Assembly: GCA_005882255.1 (NCBI GenBank)
Contig: VBEZ01000124.1
Span: 1,126 to 65,125 of the forward strand
DNA: 64,000 nt
Direction: 5' to 3'
Origin: Chloroflexota bacterium
GTDB taxonomy: Bacteria; Chloroflexota; Limnocylindria; P2-11E
The position numbers and the translations under genes were made by a program. The notes under the pieces were generated by a model. It saw only the letters and a program-made list of their open reading frames with translations, was not told the DNA's origin and searched no databases. Each line of letters starts with the position of its first letter. Within the stretch, counting starts at the first letter, position 1. Of the stretch, positions 1 through 8,935 are shown piece by piece.

Positions 1-2
1 AC

Positions 3-1454
3 ACCGGTCTGCGCCCCTGGCCCGCCAGCGGCGATCAGCCGGTCCGCCTCGGCTACCACTGGTACGACGCGAACGGCAATGCCGTCCTCTGGGATGGCAC
101 AGGAGCCGCGCTTTCGGATGATGTGTCAGCCGGCCAGACGACGACGCTCGAGGTGAGCGTGCGCGCGCCGCAGACGAACGGCACGTACACCATCGCGTGG
201 GACCTGGTGCAGGAAGGCACAGGTTGGTTTTCCGGAAGCGCGGTGGCGATGAAGACCGAACGCGTCGTTGTGGGTGACGGCGTCACCTTCTATGGGAAGG
301 GCTGGGGCCACGGCGTCGGGCTCTCCCAGTGGGGAGCGCAAGGTTGGGCTGAAGGCGCCACGGGTCCGCGCCTCAGTGGCGAAGCGATCCTCGCCAAGTA
401 TTTTCCGGGCGCTGACCTTGTCAGCCTGCCGTCGGCGCTGCCGTTCCGCGTCCTCATCTCCGCGCCGTCGACCGGTTGCGTCGGACGAACGATCGGCGAT
501 GCCGCGCGCCTGAACTCGCAGGGCGGTATGCGCGTGGTCAGCGATGCCGATCCGACCGTCGTCTACGCGGTAACTGCGCCGGGCCAGTCGCTGCGCGCGG
601 CGCGGAGTGGAACCGGCGTCGTGGTGACCGACGAATGGACGCGCCGCGTCGTCTACGCGGGCCGCGATCCGGTCACCGTCGTGCCCACACAATGGTGGGA
701 CCCGATCAGCATCGCTGAGAAGGGCCTCTCGTACCGCGGCAGCGTGCGCCTGCAGACGGTGGGCGGCAGGTTCACGGTGGTCAACGTCGTCTCACCCGAC
801 GATTACGTGCGCGGCTCGCTGCCCGGCGAGATGCTGCCCTTCTGGGAATTCGAGGCGCTGCGCGCGCAGGCGGTCACGGCGCGGACCTACGCGGCGTGGC
901 GCCAGTCGACGGCGATCGAGCGCGTGTGGGACGTCCGCGATGACACCTCGGATCAGTGCTACGGCGGCCAGACGGCCGAGACCGAGCGGACCAACACCGC
1001 GGTCGAGGCGACCGCCGGCGAGTTCCTCGTGTACGACGGCCAGCCGATCCGCGCGATGTTCTCGTCAGCGAATGGTGGCGCGAGTGAGAATCCTGGCTGC
1101 GTGTTCAACGCCATACGCGTCGGCGACAGATGGAGCTGCGCCGAGGGCTGGCCGTATCTGACCGTGGTCCAAGATCCCGCGGAGCTCGCCGCCTACGACC
1201 AGCGCGGCGCCAACCCCTACGCCGAGCTGTGGTCCGAGCACTTCAGCGGCGCGGAGATCCGCGCGCAGATCATCGAGGACTATGGGGTCGACATCGGGCC
1301 GTTCGTCTCGATGGCCTTCAACGAGAGCCCGGGCGGCCGGCCAATCTCGGTCATGATCCGCGGCAGCGGTCGATCGGTCGACCTCAACGGCGACCAGTTC
1401 CTTCGCGCCACGCTCGGTCTGCCGAGCACGCTGGTGCAGACGACGCCGTTCTAG
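3..1454 (+). CDS. SpoIID/LytB-domain protein, 5' end cut by the window edge
   Basis: ORF 123..1454 stays open in the same frame back to nt 3. The extra residues (TGLRPWPASGDQPVRLGYHWYDANGNAVLWDG) align with the repeat domain of the paralog at 8936..11086. SpoIID-type motifs are present: GKGWGHGVGLSQWGAQGWA, AVTARTYA, MFSSANGG. Confidence 0.85.
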   Translation, partial: TGLRPWPASGDQPVRLGYHWYDANGNAVLWDGTGAALSDDVSAGQTTTLEVSVRAPQTNGTYTIAWDLVQEGTGWFSGSAVAMKTERVVVGDGVTFYGKGWGHGVGLSQWGAQGWAEGATGPRLSGEAILAKYFPGADLVSLPSALPFRVLISAPSTGCVGRTIGDAARLNSQGGMRVVSDADPTVVYAVTAPGQSLRAARSGTGVVVTDEWTRRVVYAGRDPVTVVPTQWWDPISIAEKGLSYRGSVRLQTVGGRFTVVNVVSPDDYVRGSLPGEMLPFWEFEALRAQAVTARTYAAWRQSTAIERVWDVRDDTSDQCYGGQTAETERTNTAVEATAGEFLVYDGQPIRAMFSSANGGASENPGCVFNAIRVGDRWSCAEGWPYLTVVQDPAELAAYDQRGANPYAELWSEHFSGAEIRAQIIEDYGVDIGPFVSMAFNESPGGRPISVMIRGSGRSVDLNGDQFLRATLGLPSTLVQTTPF

Positions 1455-1501
1455 CCGATCGTCCCCCGCGCGACCGCAAGCGCTCCGATTCGCCGAACAG
1501 C

Positions 1502-1765
1502 TCAGGCGGCGAAGCCGTCCTCGACCCGGCTTTCGTATACCAGCCGGTACGAATGCGTGTAGCCCCGGCCACTGCCGACGATACGCGCGAGCTGCTCGCG
1601 GCTGTGCGATTCCGCCGAGATGAGATGCTCGACCAGCGCCGCGGACGCTGCCGCGTCGTTTTCGAAAATGCGCCCCGCGAGTTCGGCGCAGTCGGGCTCT
1701 CCGAATCTTCCGATGGGACAGACCGTCGAGGCGACGTAGCGTTGTTTCGTGTTGACCAGCGTCAT
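1502..1765 (-). CDS. hypothetical small protein (87 aa)
   Basis: ORF 1502..1780. The ATG at 1765 is preceded by GGAGG with an 8-nt spacer. G/C-rich third positions. No family recognised. Confidence 0.5.
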   Translation of the reverse strand: MTLVNTKQRYVASTVCPIGRFGEPDCAELAGRIFENDAAASAALVEHLISAESHSREQLARIVGSGRGYTHSYRLVYESRVEDGFAA

Positions 1766-2162
1766 GGCGAAGACCTCCAATCAAATGTCGTTCCCTATCG
1801 ACCGGGCGCAAGGCACGCACCGTGCCCAAGCACAGGCGTCGCACGCCCTGAATCTGTCGAAGCCGTAACGGACGTCACACAAACGTGGGGAACTCGCGAT
1901 ACAACACCGTGAACGCTGGATCTCCATTCGCGACCATTTGTTCTTGTCGGCGGGCACGCGATCTGTCCTAAGCCCTTCTCAGTCGCAAATGCGTGACGCC
2001 GAATCGGGGCACGCGGAATTTCAGGCGACACTCGATGCGCCGGTGATCAGTCCGGGTAAACGGAGCTCCGGGCTGATGCCTTCGATTACCACCCCCGCCT
2101 AACGCGCGATATTGCGGCTCAGACCCCGGTCGGGACCGCAGAATCGCGTCGCGGCTTTGACG

Positions 2163-2561
2163 TCATTGGTACCGCACCCCTTTGAAGTCGATCCATCCTC
2201 CCTCATGGGCCGGCGCAGGATCGTGATGTGTGAAATGGATCAGCCCGCCCTGGTCATTCCACACGTACTCGCCGTGCACCATCACGCTGTCACCCGGCAT
2301 CACCGGAGCCCGCTGTCCGATGGTCACGTTGTTGTCGACGAGCACCGTCTGCGTCGCACCGGCAAGTCGAATGATGAAACGCTGATGCGTACCGGACGGA
2401 CCGCTGTCATCCGCGAGAACACGCGTGACCACGCCGTCGGCGGTGACCTCGACGGTCGACCGTTGTTCGGCGTAGTCACGCTCAACGGCCGCGTTGTCCG
2501 ATGCCGCAGGCGCGCACTCGGAGCCGAGGAGCAGCAGAAGCACGATGCCGACGCGGCGCAC
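2163..2561 (-). CDS. DUF3465-like secreted protein
   Basis: N-terminal signal peptide (MRRVGIVLLLLLGSECAPA). Motifs recalled for DUF3465 are present: THQRFIIRL, GEYVWNDQGGLIHFTHHDP, GGWI. Confidence 0.7.
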   Translation of the reverse strand: MRRVGIVLLLLLGSECAPAASDNAAVERDYAEQRSTVEVTADGVVTRVLADDSGPSGTHQRFIIRLAGATQTVLVDNNVTIGQRAPVMPGDSVMVHGEYVWNDQGGLIHFTHHDPAPAHEGGWIDFKGVRYQ

Positions 2562-2626
2562 GCTCTGACCGTAACGGAGATGACGGCCGCGCTCCTGGAT
2601 GCCCCCACCCTCCCTAACATCGATCT

Positions 2627-2956
2627 ATGACCGCTCTCGACGTCGCCCGGGGATTCATCAACTCGGTGCGTGAGCGTGACGCCGACACCGCGGCCGAGCT
2701 CTGCACGGAGGCGGTCGAGGTCCTTCTGCCCGGTGCGGACGCACCACTGCGCGGCAAGGAAGGCGTGCGCCAGATGATCCGTATGGCGCCGCAGTTCCTC
2801 CAAAGCGTGCGCGACGAGGAAGAGCGCGACGGCGAGGTGCGGATCACCACGCTGACCCGCGCTCCTGGCGTGTTCGCGAATTACACGACGTGGATCTTCG
2901 TCATCGACGGCGGAAAGATCGACCGTCTCTCCTTCGAGCTCCGCGGCGCGAACTGA
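2627..2956 (+). CDS. SnoaL/NTF2-like small protein
   Basis: 109-aa ORF with an ATG start. The N-terminus (ALDVARGFINSVRERDADTAAELCTEAVEV) and the C-terminal beta-rich segment look like a SnoaL-like fold. The assignment is weak. Confidence 0.5.
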   Translation: MTALDVARGFINSVRERDADTAAELCTEAVEVLLPGADAPLRGKEGVRQMIRMAPQFLQSVRDEEERDGEVRITTLTRAPGVFANYTTWIFVIDGGKIDRLSFELRGAN

Positions 2957-3009
2957 CGAGCGCGGTCGCAAGGCTCGCCTTTCTCGCGACCGCACTCACC
3001 GGCTGGAGG

Positions 3010-6000
3010 CTAGCGGCTCTCGGTCAACACCTCCCATGCCTGGAACGCGATGGTGCCAGCAGTGCCGTCGTGGATGACGAGCGCGTATGCGCCGGCGCCA
3101 TCGGGCAAGGCCTGCAGATCCAGAACGCCGCCGTCATCGACCGTGGCCGTCGCGAGCGTCTTGCCGCTCGGGTCCTTGATGCTGACCGTCGTTCCGGCGA
3201 CCGTCTCGACGACGACATCGATGAGCTGGGTCGCGGGATCCACGACGAGCTCGTTGACGGAGTCGAGTCCGGCAAGCGCCGTGCTCACCACCAGACCGGC
3301 GGTCTCCTGGACGAAGTGGCCCGCCGGTGTGCCGATGTCACCGCCGTAGATCTGGAACCCGTCGACATACACCATGTCGCGCTGGTTGTCGGTGGAGTCG
3401 TTCGTCACGACCACGCTATGCATGCCGGACGAGACGTTGCGATGGATGACGACGTTGTAGGTCAGTCCCTTTCGCCCGCTCTGGTCGGGCGGCCCGGAAG
3501 CCGTCGAGGCCGCGTACTCGTTGATCTCCTGCTTCACGCCGTCGACGCTGAAGCCGAGGACCCCGCCGCGCGGCCCCTTCGCGACGACGATGTCGATACC
3601 GGTACCGGTGAACTGGAGCTTCAGAGAGTCGCTCGTCTTGTTCGTGCCGACGTCGCGGCAGAGCGTGCCGCTCGTGGCCTTCGCGTCGTTCAACACGTGC
3701 CAGCCACCAGCGCTCTGGATGTTTGGATCGGTGCAGTCGACCGCGACCGGCGCGGGTGCGGGCTGCGTGGCAAGAGTCGCGTCGAACGGCGGGGACGCGT
3801 CGACCGTCCGCATCGGAATGAGGATCGTTCCGTCGAGCGGCTCGGCGGGCCCCGCCATCGAGAACGCCGACGCGCCGGTGAGGCCGGAGCCGACAGCGAG
3901 TCCGAAGGCGCTGAGCGGCCCGCGAAGGGTGAGCGCACCGTTGTCGAGCGTTCCGATGCCGGAGAAGGAGGCGTCGGTGTTGTACACGGCGCCGAGCGAC
4001 GAGCTTCCGTTCGACATCGAATCGTTCGCTCCGAGCTTTCCGCCGAAGAAACGGACGGTCCCGTCGGAGTCGTACTCCATCGAGAGGTGGAACACATCCT
4101 CAGCGGTCGAGAACCGGAAGACGTACTGGAGACGATCGGCGGGCGGTGTCGACTGCGGTACCGCGTTGTATGCCGCGAGATCGCGCGCCATGCCCGCGCG
4201 GGTCGCATCGGCGAGGGGGATCCGCGCGACAAGGTCGCTCCCACTCACGAAGACCGACGCTCCGAGAAGGTCGAGGGATCGTAGGTTCGCCGAACCGGCC
4301 ACATTCGGCCACGTCGCGTCACCCGATGCGTCGGTGCGGCCGTTCTGCGGGATCGAGATCGAGACCCCCGATATGCCCGTCACCGTGGCCGCGAGCAGCG
4401 ACGGTCCGGCGACCTCCTTCGCGAACTGGGTGAAGGGGCCGGCCTTCGATGGGTTCGTGCGAGGCTCGGCCGCAAGACCGTTGTTGTTGTCCATGAAGAC
4501 GACGCCGATGCGGCCGGTCTGGTCGAATCCGAGATCGAGCATGTCGAGGAGCGATCTGTCTCCGCTGCAGGTCGTTCCTGATGTGCACACCTGTCCGCGG
4601 TGATCGATGCGGTGGTTCACCTTGCCAGCGAGGATCGTGGTGGGTCCGCCGCGTGCGATCGAAAGCGCGTCCGTGAGGACCGAGACGTATGTGTTCCAGT
4701 GCGCTGCATCGGCGCAGTTGTCGGAAACACCGGTGCAGTCCTCGCTGCCCATGTACGCAATGGCGATACGGCCGGTGTCACCGCCGGTCACCGCGGGGAA
4801 CACCGCGCTCGTGACCTGCGATGGGGTGACGCGCACCTTCGGCGTCCAGTAGGTCGCGGGTCGGCCTGGCGGGGTCGCATGCGGGTTGTTGCGCGCATCG
4901 TCGATGGGCGAGACCGACAGATACACGATGCCGTTCGTGACCCAGACGGCGTACGCGTTCCCGCGCGCGTCGAGGTTGAGCCACGGGAAGATCGCGGGCT
5001 GGTCGGTCGCCACGAGGTTCGCTTGCCACGACGCCGCACTCGCGTAGCTCGCCACCGGGGCGCTCGCGACCTGGTAGCCGCCGCCGTTCCGGTACGGCAG
5101 GTAGATCCAGCCGCGGCCGGGGCCGCTCGTGTTGTCGACCCGCAGATTCCCGGACTGGCTCACGTCGGTCAGTTGCGGGACCGGCTGGAAGATCGGTGTG
5201 CCGGACGCGGTGATCGCCATGACGTGCACCGCGAGCGCTGGGACGTGATAAGAGAAGAACGCCTCGATGGACTGGCCGGCGATGGAGATGAACGTGGGGT
5301 CAGCCCAGGCAAGCCATTGGCGGTCGACCGCGGTGCCGGCGTTCGAGACCGCGAACTGGCGCGCCGCCGGGAAGGTGTCGCCATGATCGATCGACGACGC
5401 GAGCGCCTCGTTTGCGACGACCTCCTGATCGGCGAAGAACAGATCTCCGTTGATCAGGTTCACTTCGTCCTCGGTGTCCCCACCCCCTTCGGTGAGGCAG
5501 TTCGGACGGCTGCGCTGCGCGCAGGTCCGGTCGTAGAGCAGGCGGAACGAATCGCCGCCGTCAAGTGACCGGGACAGCTGGCCGATGCCGGTACGCGATG
5601 AGAGCGGCCAGTCGATGAAGATCCGGTTCGGGTCGACGCGTCCGCTCTGCGAGCCCGCGATCGGACGCTCGAGCGTGGTTTGCGGCTCGGCACCGAAGAA
5701 GCTCGCCGAGACCGTCGTCGACGGCGCGAACGCGAACGGCGTGGCCGTATCGAAGGTGACGGTCGGCGTCACCGGGAGCGGGCCACTCACGAAGCTGAAA
5801 TTCGAGGGCGTCGTGGTCGCGTCATAGAAGACGTGGATCCCGTTGCCCGTGATGATCGAGGTCGCCGCGACCTGGATCAGCAGCTCCCGTTGGACCGCGC
5901 CGTTGATGAAGATCGCGCCGTGCATCTCGCTGGCGCCTCCGGCGGGCGCGAGCTGCACCACACCGCGGCCGATGATCTTCTCCGGTTGCACGCTCGATGG

Positions 6001-6372
6001 CGCGGCGTAGTCGGGATCGGCGAACACCGTCACCGACACGCTCGTCGCCGCCGGAGCCGTCCACCACCAGTCGAACACGAGTTGACCGGTGAGCGTCCCG
6101 GCGGGGAACGCGCCGTGCCAGTACGCGGTGAGTGGGTTCGCGATGAAGTCCTGGTTCGCGACTCCCGTCGTGGTCTGCACGACCGGGAAGGTCCCAGTTG
6201 GGGCTGTCTGGTCAAATCTCGCGTTGGCTACACCGTTCGCCTTGTCGGCTTGGTCGGTCGTCTGGCCATGGAAAAAATACGTTCCGGCCGCGGCCGCGCT
6301 CGCGGGGGGCATCAAGGGCACAGTAGAAAGAGCGAGCGCGAGCGAGGCGCCGAGCACGAGCAGAAAACGCAT
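3010..6372 (-). CDS. large secreted protein with Asp-box (BNR)-like motifs and C-terminal beta-sandwich domains
   Basis: 1120-aa ORF with a signal peptide (MRFLLVLGASLALALSTVPLMPPASAAAAG). Asp-box-like motifs SLDGGDSF and SIDHGDTF. No transmembrane or cell-wall anchor at the C-terminus. Confidence 0.75.
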   Translation of the reverse strand: MRFLLVLGASLALALSTVPLMPPASAAAAGTYFFHGQTTDQADKANGVANARFDQTAPTGTFPVVQTTTGVANQDFIANPLTAYWHGAFPAGTLTGQLVFDWWWTAPAATSVSVTVFADPDYAAPSSVQPEKIIGRGVVQLAPAGGASEMHGAIFINGAVQRELLIQVAATSIITGNGIHVFYDATTTPSNFSFVSGPLPVTPTVTFDTATPFAFAPSTTVSASFFGAEPQTTLERPIAGSQSGRVDPNRIFIDWPLSSRTGIGQLSRSLDGGDSFRLLYDRTCAQRSRPNCLTEGGGDTEDEVNLINGDLFFADQEVVANEALASSIDHGDTFPAARQFAVSNAGTAVDRQWLAWADPTFISIAGQSIEAFFSYHVPALAVHVMAITASGTPIFQPVPQLTDVSQSGNLRVDNTSGPGRGWIYLPYRNGGGYQVASAPVASYASAASWQANLVATDQPAIFPWLNLDARGNAYAVWVTNGIVYLSVSPIDDARNNPHATPPGRPATYWTPKVRVTPSQVTSAVFPAVTGGDTGRIAIAYMGSEDCTGVSDNCADAAHWNTYVSVLTDALSIARGGPTTILAGKVNHRIDHRGQVCTSGTTCSGDRSLLDMLDLGFDQTGRIGVVFMDNNNGLAAEPRTNPSKAGPFTQFAKEVAGPSLLAATVTGISGVSISIPQNGRTDASGDATWPNVAGSANLRSLDLLGASVFVSGSDLVARIPLADATRAGMARDLAAYNAVPQSTPPADRLQYVFRFSTAEDVFHLSMEYDSDGTVRFFGGKLGANDSMSNGSSSLGAVYNTDASFSGIGTLDNGALTLRGPLSAFGLAVGSGLTGASAFSMAGPAEPLDGTILIPMRTVDASPPFDATLATQPAPAPVAVDCTDPNIQSAGGWHVLNDAKATSGTLCRDVGTNKTSDSLKLQFTGTGIDIVVAKGPRGGVLGFSVDGVKQEINEYAASTASGPPDQSGRKGLTYNVVIHRNVSSGMHSVVVTNDSTDNQRDMVYVDGFQIYGGDIGTPAGHFVQETAGLVVSTALAGLDSVNELVVDPATQLIDVVVETVAGTTVSIKDPSGKTLATATVDDGGVLDLQALPDGAGAYALVIHDGTAGTIAFQAWEVLTESR

Positions 6373-6491
6373 GGGTCCTCCGCTTCCGATCGGCCGACCG
6401 AGGTCGGCGATTACCGGAGGGCGGACCGCTGCAGGTTACGTGCTTGTTACGGTCTACGCGCGGTAAAAAATGCGGGCATGAGACCGCGCAT

Positions 6492-7934
6492 CTAACGGAC
6501 GGCGGCCTCCTGCAGGACATCGCCCTCTACCGGATCGACGCGGATCACGCGCGACTCAGCGCGGGAGATCGGCTGAATGTGCAACTCCCGTGCGCGGTCG
6601 AAGCTGGCGAACCAGTTCCACAGCGTCTTTCCGGGATACACGAGGACGTCGATCACGCGCTGGATCACCAGGCCGAGGCCATCGGTGACGCGCGCGAGGA
6701 GCCGCAGACCGTACACGACCGCTTCGGCCGCCAGCCATGCGGCGATCCAGACCGCGAGGCCGACCGCGCCGAGCACGAGAACGGTGGCGACGGCGATGAC
6801 GCTGACGGCGAAGTAGGCGATCGCAGCCAGACCGAGGGATCCGATCACGGCACCGAGCGCGATGACTCCGACGATCCGGAGTAGTCCGCCCAGGAGCACC
6901 GCTGCGGGCGGTAGCGCCCGACTCACCGCGCGCAGAACGAGCGCGACCAGCAGCATCGCGAGCGCGAGCGCGCCGACGACGAGGATCCACGCGAGCCACG
7001 GCATCGCGATCGCGCCCCACGCGATGAGCGCGGTCGCGAGGAGCATGAGCGGGACTGGAGCGGTGAGCGCGATGCCGAGCAGCTTGTCCGCGACCTCGGG
7101 CGGCATGAACGTGGGCACGATCACCGACGCGCGCCACAGCGCGAGGAAGAGCGCGAGCAACAGGAACGACACGGCAAGCGCGCCCGCAATGCGCGTGAGC
7201 CACAGGCGGGGTCGCGTCTCGAGATCGTCCCACGGCCCCAGATGCGTCATGCCCATGAGATCGAAGAACACGAGACCGAGCATGAGCGCGCCGACGAACG
7301 ACGCGATCGCGTACGCGAGCGTGATCTCCCTGAACCAGTCCGGCAGGAACGCGACCGGAGCGCCGATCGCCTTCTCATGGCTCGCGATCGACAGGGCGGC
7401 GTCCGCATAGAGGAACAGGCACAGTCCGGCGAAGAACAGGAACCCGCCGATGACGCGCCAGCCGGCCCAGCGACCGGACCGCCCGCGCAGCTCCGCCGCC
7501 GCGGAGCGCGCCTGCGCCGCCAGACGGTCGCTCCCGTTCTCCGCGTGCGTGGCGGCCTGATCGACGAGCGGGCTCACGAGGCCGACGATCGCGTTCGTGA
7601 TCGGCGCGACGGGCCAACGCGGCGCGTGCGTGGCGGTCCCAAAGAGGGCGACGATCGCGCGACCCAGGGTGCGTGCCGGTCGATCCAGCACCGGACCGAA
7701 ATATCCGCGCAGATTCCGGAGGAAGCGATTCGGAGCGGACGGCATTACGCGGCGCAGCGCCGGATCGATGTCGGTGCGCGTGAACTGCGCCGGAACGCGC
7801 AGCACGATCGCGAGCGCGCCGACGAGATTCCGCGTCGGATTGCCGAGGAGTGTCACGAGGACGAGCGCGATCAATACGAGCGGCCAGCGGTCGAGGATCG
7901 GCTGAAACCAATCGAGGATGTCGCTCGCGGTCAT
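6492..7934 (-). CDS. polytopic membrane protein, unknown function
   Basis: ORF 6492..7988. The ATG at 7934 (MTASDILDWF) forms an ATGA overlap with the stop of the upstream lipoprotein gene. There are many long hydrophobic segments, and the C-terminal half is almost entirely A/L/V/G-rich helices. Confidence 0.7.
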   Translation of the reverse strand: MTASDILDWFQPILDRWPLVLIALVLVTLLGNPTRNLVGALAIVLRVPAQFTRTDIDPALRRVMPSAPNRFLRNLRGYFGPVLDRPARTLGRAIVALFGTATHAPRWPVAPITNAIVGLVSPLVDQAATHAENGSDRLAAQARSAAAELRGRSGRWAGWRVIGGFLFFAGLCLFLYADAALSIASHEKAIGAPVAFLPDWFREITLAYAIASFVGALMLGLVFFDLMGMTHLGPWDDLETRPRLWLTRIAGALAVSFLLLALFLALWRASVIVPTFMPPEVADKLLGIALTAPVPLMLLATALIAWGAIAMPWLAWILVVGALALAMLLVALVLRAVSRALPPAAVLLGGLLRIVGVIALGAVIGSLGLAAIAYFAVSVIAVATVLVLGAVGLAVWIAAWLAAEAVVYGLRLLARVTDGLGLVIQRVIDVLVYPGKTLWNWFASFDRARELHIQPISRAESRVIRVDPVEGDVLQEAAVR

Positions 7935-8848
7935 CGCGCACTTCCCTTCAGCTGCTCGGCGAGCTTGTCCGCCGTCGTGGCGGCCCACGGAAGGAATACC
8001 GGAACGCGCGCGCCGAGCGCCTTGAACGTGGCCTCCCAGTCCTTCTGTCCCTTGCCCTGGTCGCTGGCGTCATCACGGTGGTACAGCGCGACCAACACCT
8101 CGCTCTGCGCAAGGTCCGGGCGCACCGGATTGCCGATCGTGTCGGTCATGTCCGAGAAGACGACGAGCTTGTGGGTCCCGGGATTCGCGGTGAACACGCC
8201 GGAGGCGACCGCGAGGCCGCCGTAGATGTCGGTGCCGACGGGGTCCTGCGCGGGCGCAGCGGCGCGGATCGCCGCCGAGGTCGCGGCGACGAAGGAGGCG
8301 ACGTTGCGTTGATCCTGCTCGATCGCGCCCTGCTGCAGCTCGGTCACCTTGGCCCGCCAGACTGTCGCTGCCTCGTTGAAGGTCCTCACGCTCGCCGCGT
8401 ACTCGTTGCACTCGAGCTTGTTCAATGGGAGCTTCGGTGCGGTCGGCGCGGTCGGAAGATCGGGCATCGGCGCCCGCGCCACCTGGGTGATCGGAAGGAA
8501 GATCTCGCTCGTTTGATTCGAGTTGTGGCTGATCCAGGCACCCAACACGGCGTCACCGGAGCGCAGATCGAGCTTTGGCAGCGCCGCCGCGACCGTCTCC
8601 AGCGCGGTGCGCGGCAGCTGCGGCCACGGATACGAGGGCGATCGTTTCGCGTCGCCCGTGTACGCACGATCGATCAGGATCGCATACGTCACCGGGGGAA
8701 CCGTCCTCGTGTCGACCGTCACCGACTCGAGCGCGGCGGGTGGGCACAGCGTCGCGCTCGGCCCCGACCCGCCGATCGCTCCGCACGCCGCGAGAACGAA
8801 CGCCGTCGCGATCGCCAATGCCGGACCGCGCCGCGCAGAGTTCGCCAT
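7931..8848 (-). CDS. lipoprotein, unknown function (weak vWA-like features)
   Basis: Starting at the ATG at 8848 gives a textbook lipoprotein signal, MANSARRGPALAIATAFVLAAC. The segment GTDIYGGLAVASGVF...KLVVFSDMTD resembles the second half of a vWA fold, but no DxSxS MIDAS motif is present. Confidence 0.7.
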   Translation of the reverse strand: MANSARRGPALAIATAFVLAACGAIGGSGPSATLCPPAALESVTVDTRTVPPVTYAILIDRAYTGDAKRSPSYPWPQLPRTALETVAAALPKLDLRSGDAVLGAWISHNSNQTSEIFLPITQVARAPMPDLPTAPTAPKLPLNKLECNEYAASVRTFNEAATVWRAKVTELQQGAIEQDQRNVASFVAATSAAIRAAAPAQDPVGTDIYGGLAVASGVFTANPGTHKLVVFSDMTDTIGNPVRPDLAQSEVLVALYHRDDASDQGKGQKDWEATFKALGARVPVFLPWAATTADKLAEQLKGSAR

Positions 8849-8935
8849 ACGACTAATACCGAGTATGCGGTCGGAAGATTGCACCCTTAGCAAGTTCTTA
8901 CTTAGCTCGGCGACTGACCAAGCGACTTCGCCGAG

